From NCBI GenBank assembly GCA_041305945.1, contig JBGLND010000001.1, positions 1,427,753 to 1,451,752 on the forward strand: 24,000 nucleotides of DNA, in the 5' to 3' direction. Below, piece by piece: positions 22,949-24,000 of the stretch. A program made the translations under genes and the position numbers. The stretch's first letter is position 1, and each line of letters begins with the position of its first letter. This DNA comes from Promethearchaeota archaeon (lineage in GTDB: Archaea; Asgardarchaeota; Lokiarchaeia; Sigyniarchaeales; Sigyniarchaeaceae). The notes below the pieces were generated by a model. It was not told the DNA's origin. It worked only from the letters and a program-made list of their open reading frames with translations, and ran no database searches.

Positions 22949-24000
22949 ATGGAAAAACAACCGGCATTCCCCCGCGAGTTCCCGGGTGCAACGTGGCTCG
23001 GGAAGGAGGAAGAGGAGGCAGTGCTTAACGTCATCCGAAAGCAGTCCCCGTTCCGCTATTACGGCCCAAACTTCTTGTCCGAAGCAAAACAATTCGAAGC
23101 CGAATTCGCGCGGTTCATCGCATCCACGCCTGGGCAGCCATGGCCCGAAGAGAGCGATTACCTCATCACCGCGGTGAATAGCGGGACGGGTGCATTGGAG
23201 ATTGCCTTGGAAGCCTTGGGTGTTGGATGCGGGGACGAGGTCTGCGTGCAAGGCTTCATGTGGATCGCCACGATAAGCGCGATCGTCAGGAACAGGGCAA
23301 TCCCAGTGCTCGTGGATTCGGACGGTACCCTCAACATGGACCCGGGTGACCTTGAACGCAAGATCACGGATAGGACCAAGGTGGTCATTCCGGTGCCGAT
23401 GCTTGGCGGTTGTGCCCGGATCGGCGAGATCATGGAGGTCGTCAGGAAAGCCAACGAGCGCCGGCACGCGCGGAATCTCCCCAGTATAAAAATCCTGGAG
23501 GACAACGCGCAGGCGATCGGGGCCCATGCCCCCGGCTGCCAGGGCTCGCGATCGGCGGGGGAAACCGGCACCTTCCGCATCGGCACCTTCGGAGATGCCG
23601 GGATATTCAGCTTGCAGATCAACAAGAACATCACGGCGGGGGAAGGCGGCATCATCGTCACCCGGGACAGGAAACTGCACGAGCGGGTTCAAGCGATCCA
23701 CAACGTGGGGTTCGTTGCGGACAAGTCCCAACCGGGAAACTGGTACGGGGACGTGCCGCTGGCGTGGGGGCAAGGGCGCCGGATCACGGAACTCCAAGCC
23801 GCGGTGGCAAGGGTGCAGCTGCGGAAGCTGGATTCCATCCTGTCGCACATGCGGGCTTCCCACCGGATGATCGCGGGGCACGTCGCATCGAGATGGGATG
23901 GCAAGGTGAAGCTCCGGGAGCCGGCATATCCTTCGAGCCTTGGTGATACCGGGTATTTCCTCGTGTTCAAGGTCTTGGCCATCGAAGGCATGAATGATGA
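22949..24000 (+). CDS. DegT/DnrJ/EryC1/StrS-family PLP-dependent aminotransferase (3' end beyond window)
   Basis: My own translation from ATG 22949 is open to the window end (350 codons). It reads MEKQPAFPREF..AVNSGTGALEIALEALGVGCGDEV...GTFGDAGIFSLQINKNITAGEGGIIVT (Schiff-base Lys context). It is not in the supplied ORF track because it lacks a stop inside the window. Confidence 0.75.
   Translation, partial: MEKQPAFPREFPGATWLGKEEEEAVLNVIRKQSPFRYYGPNFLSEAKQFEAEFARFIASTPGQPWPEESDYLITAVNSGTGALEIALEALGVGCGDEVCVQGFMWIATISAIVRNRAIPVLVDSDGTLNMDPGDLERKITDRTKVVIPVPMLGGCARIGEIMEVVRKANERRHARNLPSIKILEDNAQAIGAHAPGCQGSRSAGETGTFRIGTFGDAGIFSLQINKNITAGEGGIIVTRDRKLHERVQAIHNVGFVADKSQPGNWYGDVPLAWGQGRRITELQAAVARVQLRKLDSILSHMRASHRMIAGHVASRWDGKVKLREPAYPSSLGDTGYFLVFKVLAIEGMND

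Noticed and set aside
22934-23881. 315-aa minus-strand ORF
   Set aside because: Antisense to the DegT-family aminotransferase frame, which has unmistakable family blocks. The product is R/P/H-rich.
1-24000. tRNA / rRNA genes
   Set aside because: I scanned by eye for T-loop signatures (GGTTCGAATCC / GGTTCAAATCC and their complements) and for rRNA-like conserved stretches, and found none. This manual scan is not exhaustive.

Overview
Archaeal chromosomal window with about 24 protein genes. Hand-counted 60-nt blocks range from roughly 53 to 73% GC. I saw no rRNA, tRNA, CRISPR array or obvious transposase. LEFT (0.3-8.6 kb): housekeeping genes, namely a beta-CASP RNase, an MTA phosphorylase + adenine phosphoribosyltransferase salvage pair, archaemetzincin, tRNA m1A58 methyltransferase TrmI and a CDP-alcohol phosphatidyltransferase. 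This part also holds an odd three-part ORF: an acyl-CoA-synthetase N-terminal fragment, about 5 TM helices and a CocE/NonD-type hydrolase. CENTRE (8.6-12.4 kb): the most interesting part, an island of eukaryote-signature genes around a 585-bp AT-rich divergent spacer. It contains a canonical UBC-fold E2 (HPN motif plus catalytic Cys), a membrane-anchored gelsolin-domain protein, a gelsolin-domain + long coiled-coil protein, and a 79-aa protein with a possible beta-grasp pattern. Together with the archaeal flanking genes this points to an Asgard-type archaeon (inference). The E2 start is preceded by a 10-bp-phased array of YTGAAATGCC units. RIGHT (12.1-24 kb): a 3'-aberrant hdrC-like gene colliding tail-to-tail with the coiled-coil gene, and an orphan fwdA. 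Next come two tandem paralogous 7-TM proteins sharing an uncharacterised C-terminal soluble domain (Roadblock/longin-like by pattern only) and an FAD oxidoreductase. A rearrangement scar then abuts a radical-SAM 3' fragment against a 5'-truncated PfkB kinase. The window ends with a GH-like beta-propeller protein, a small SET-domain protein, an MFS transporter and a DegT-family aminotransferase that runs off the window and is missing from the ORF track. All family calls rest on motifs read by eye; no searches were run.
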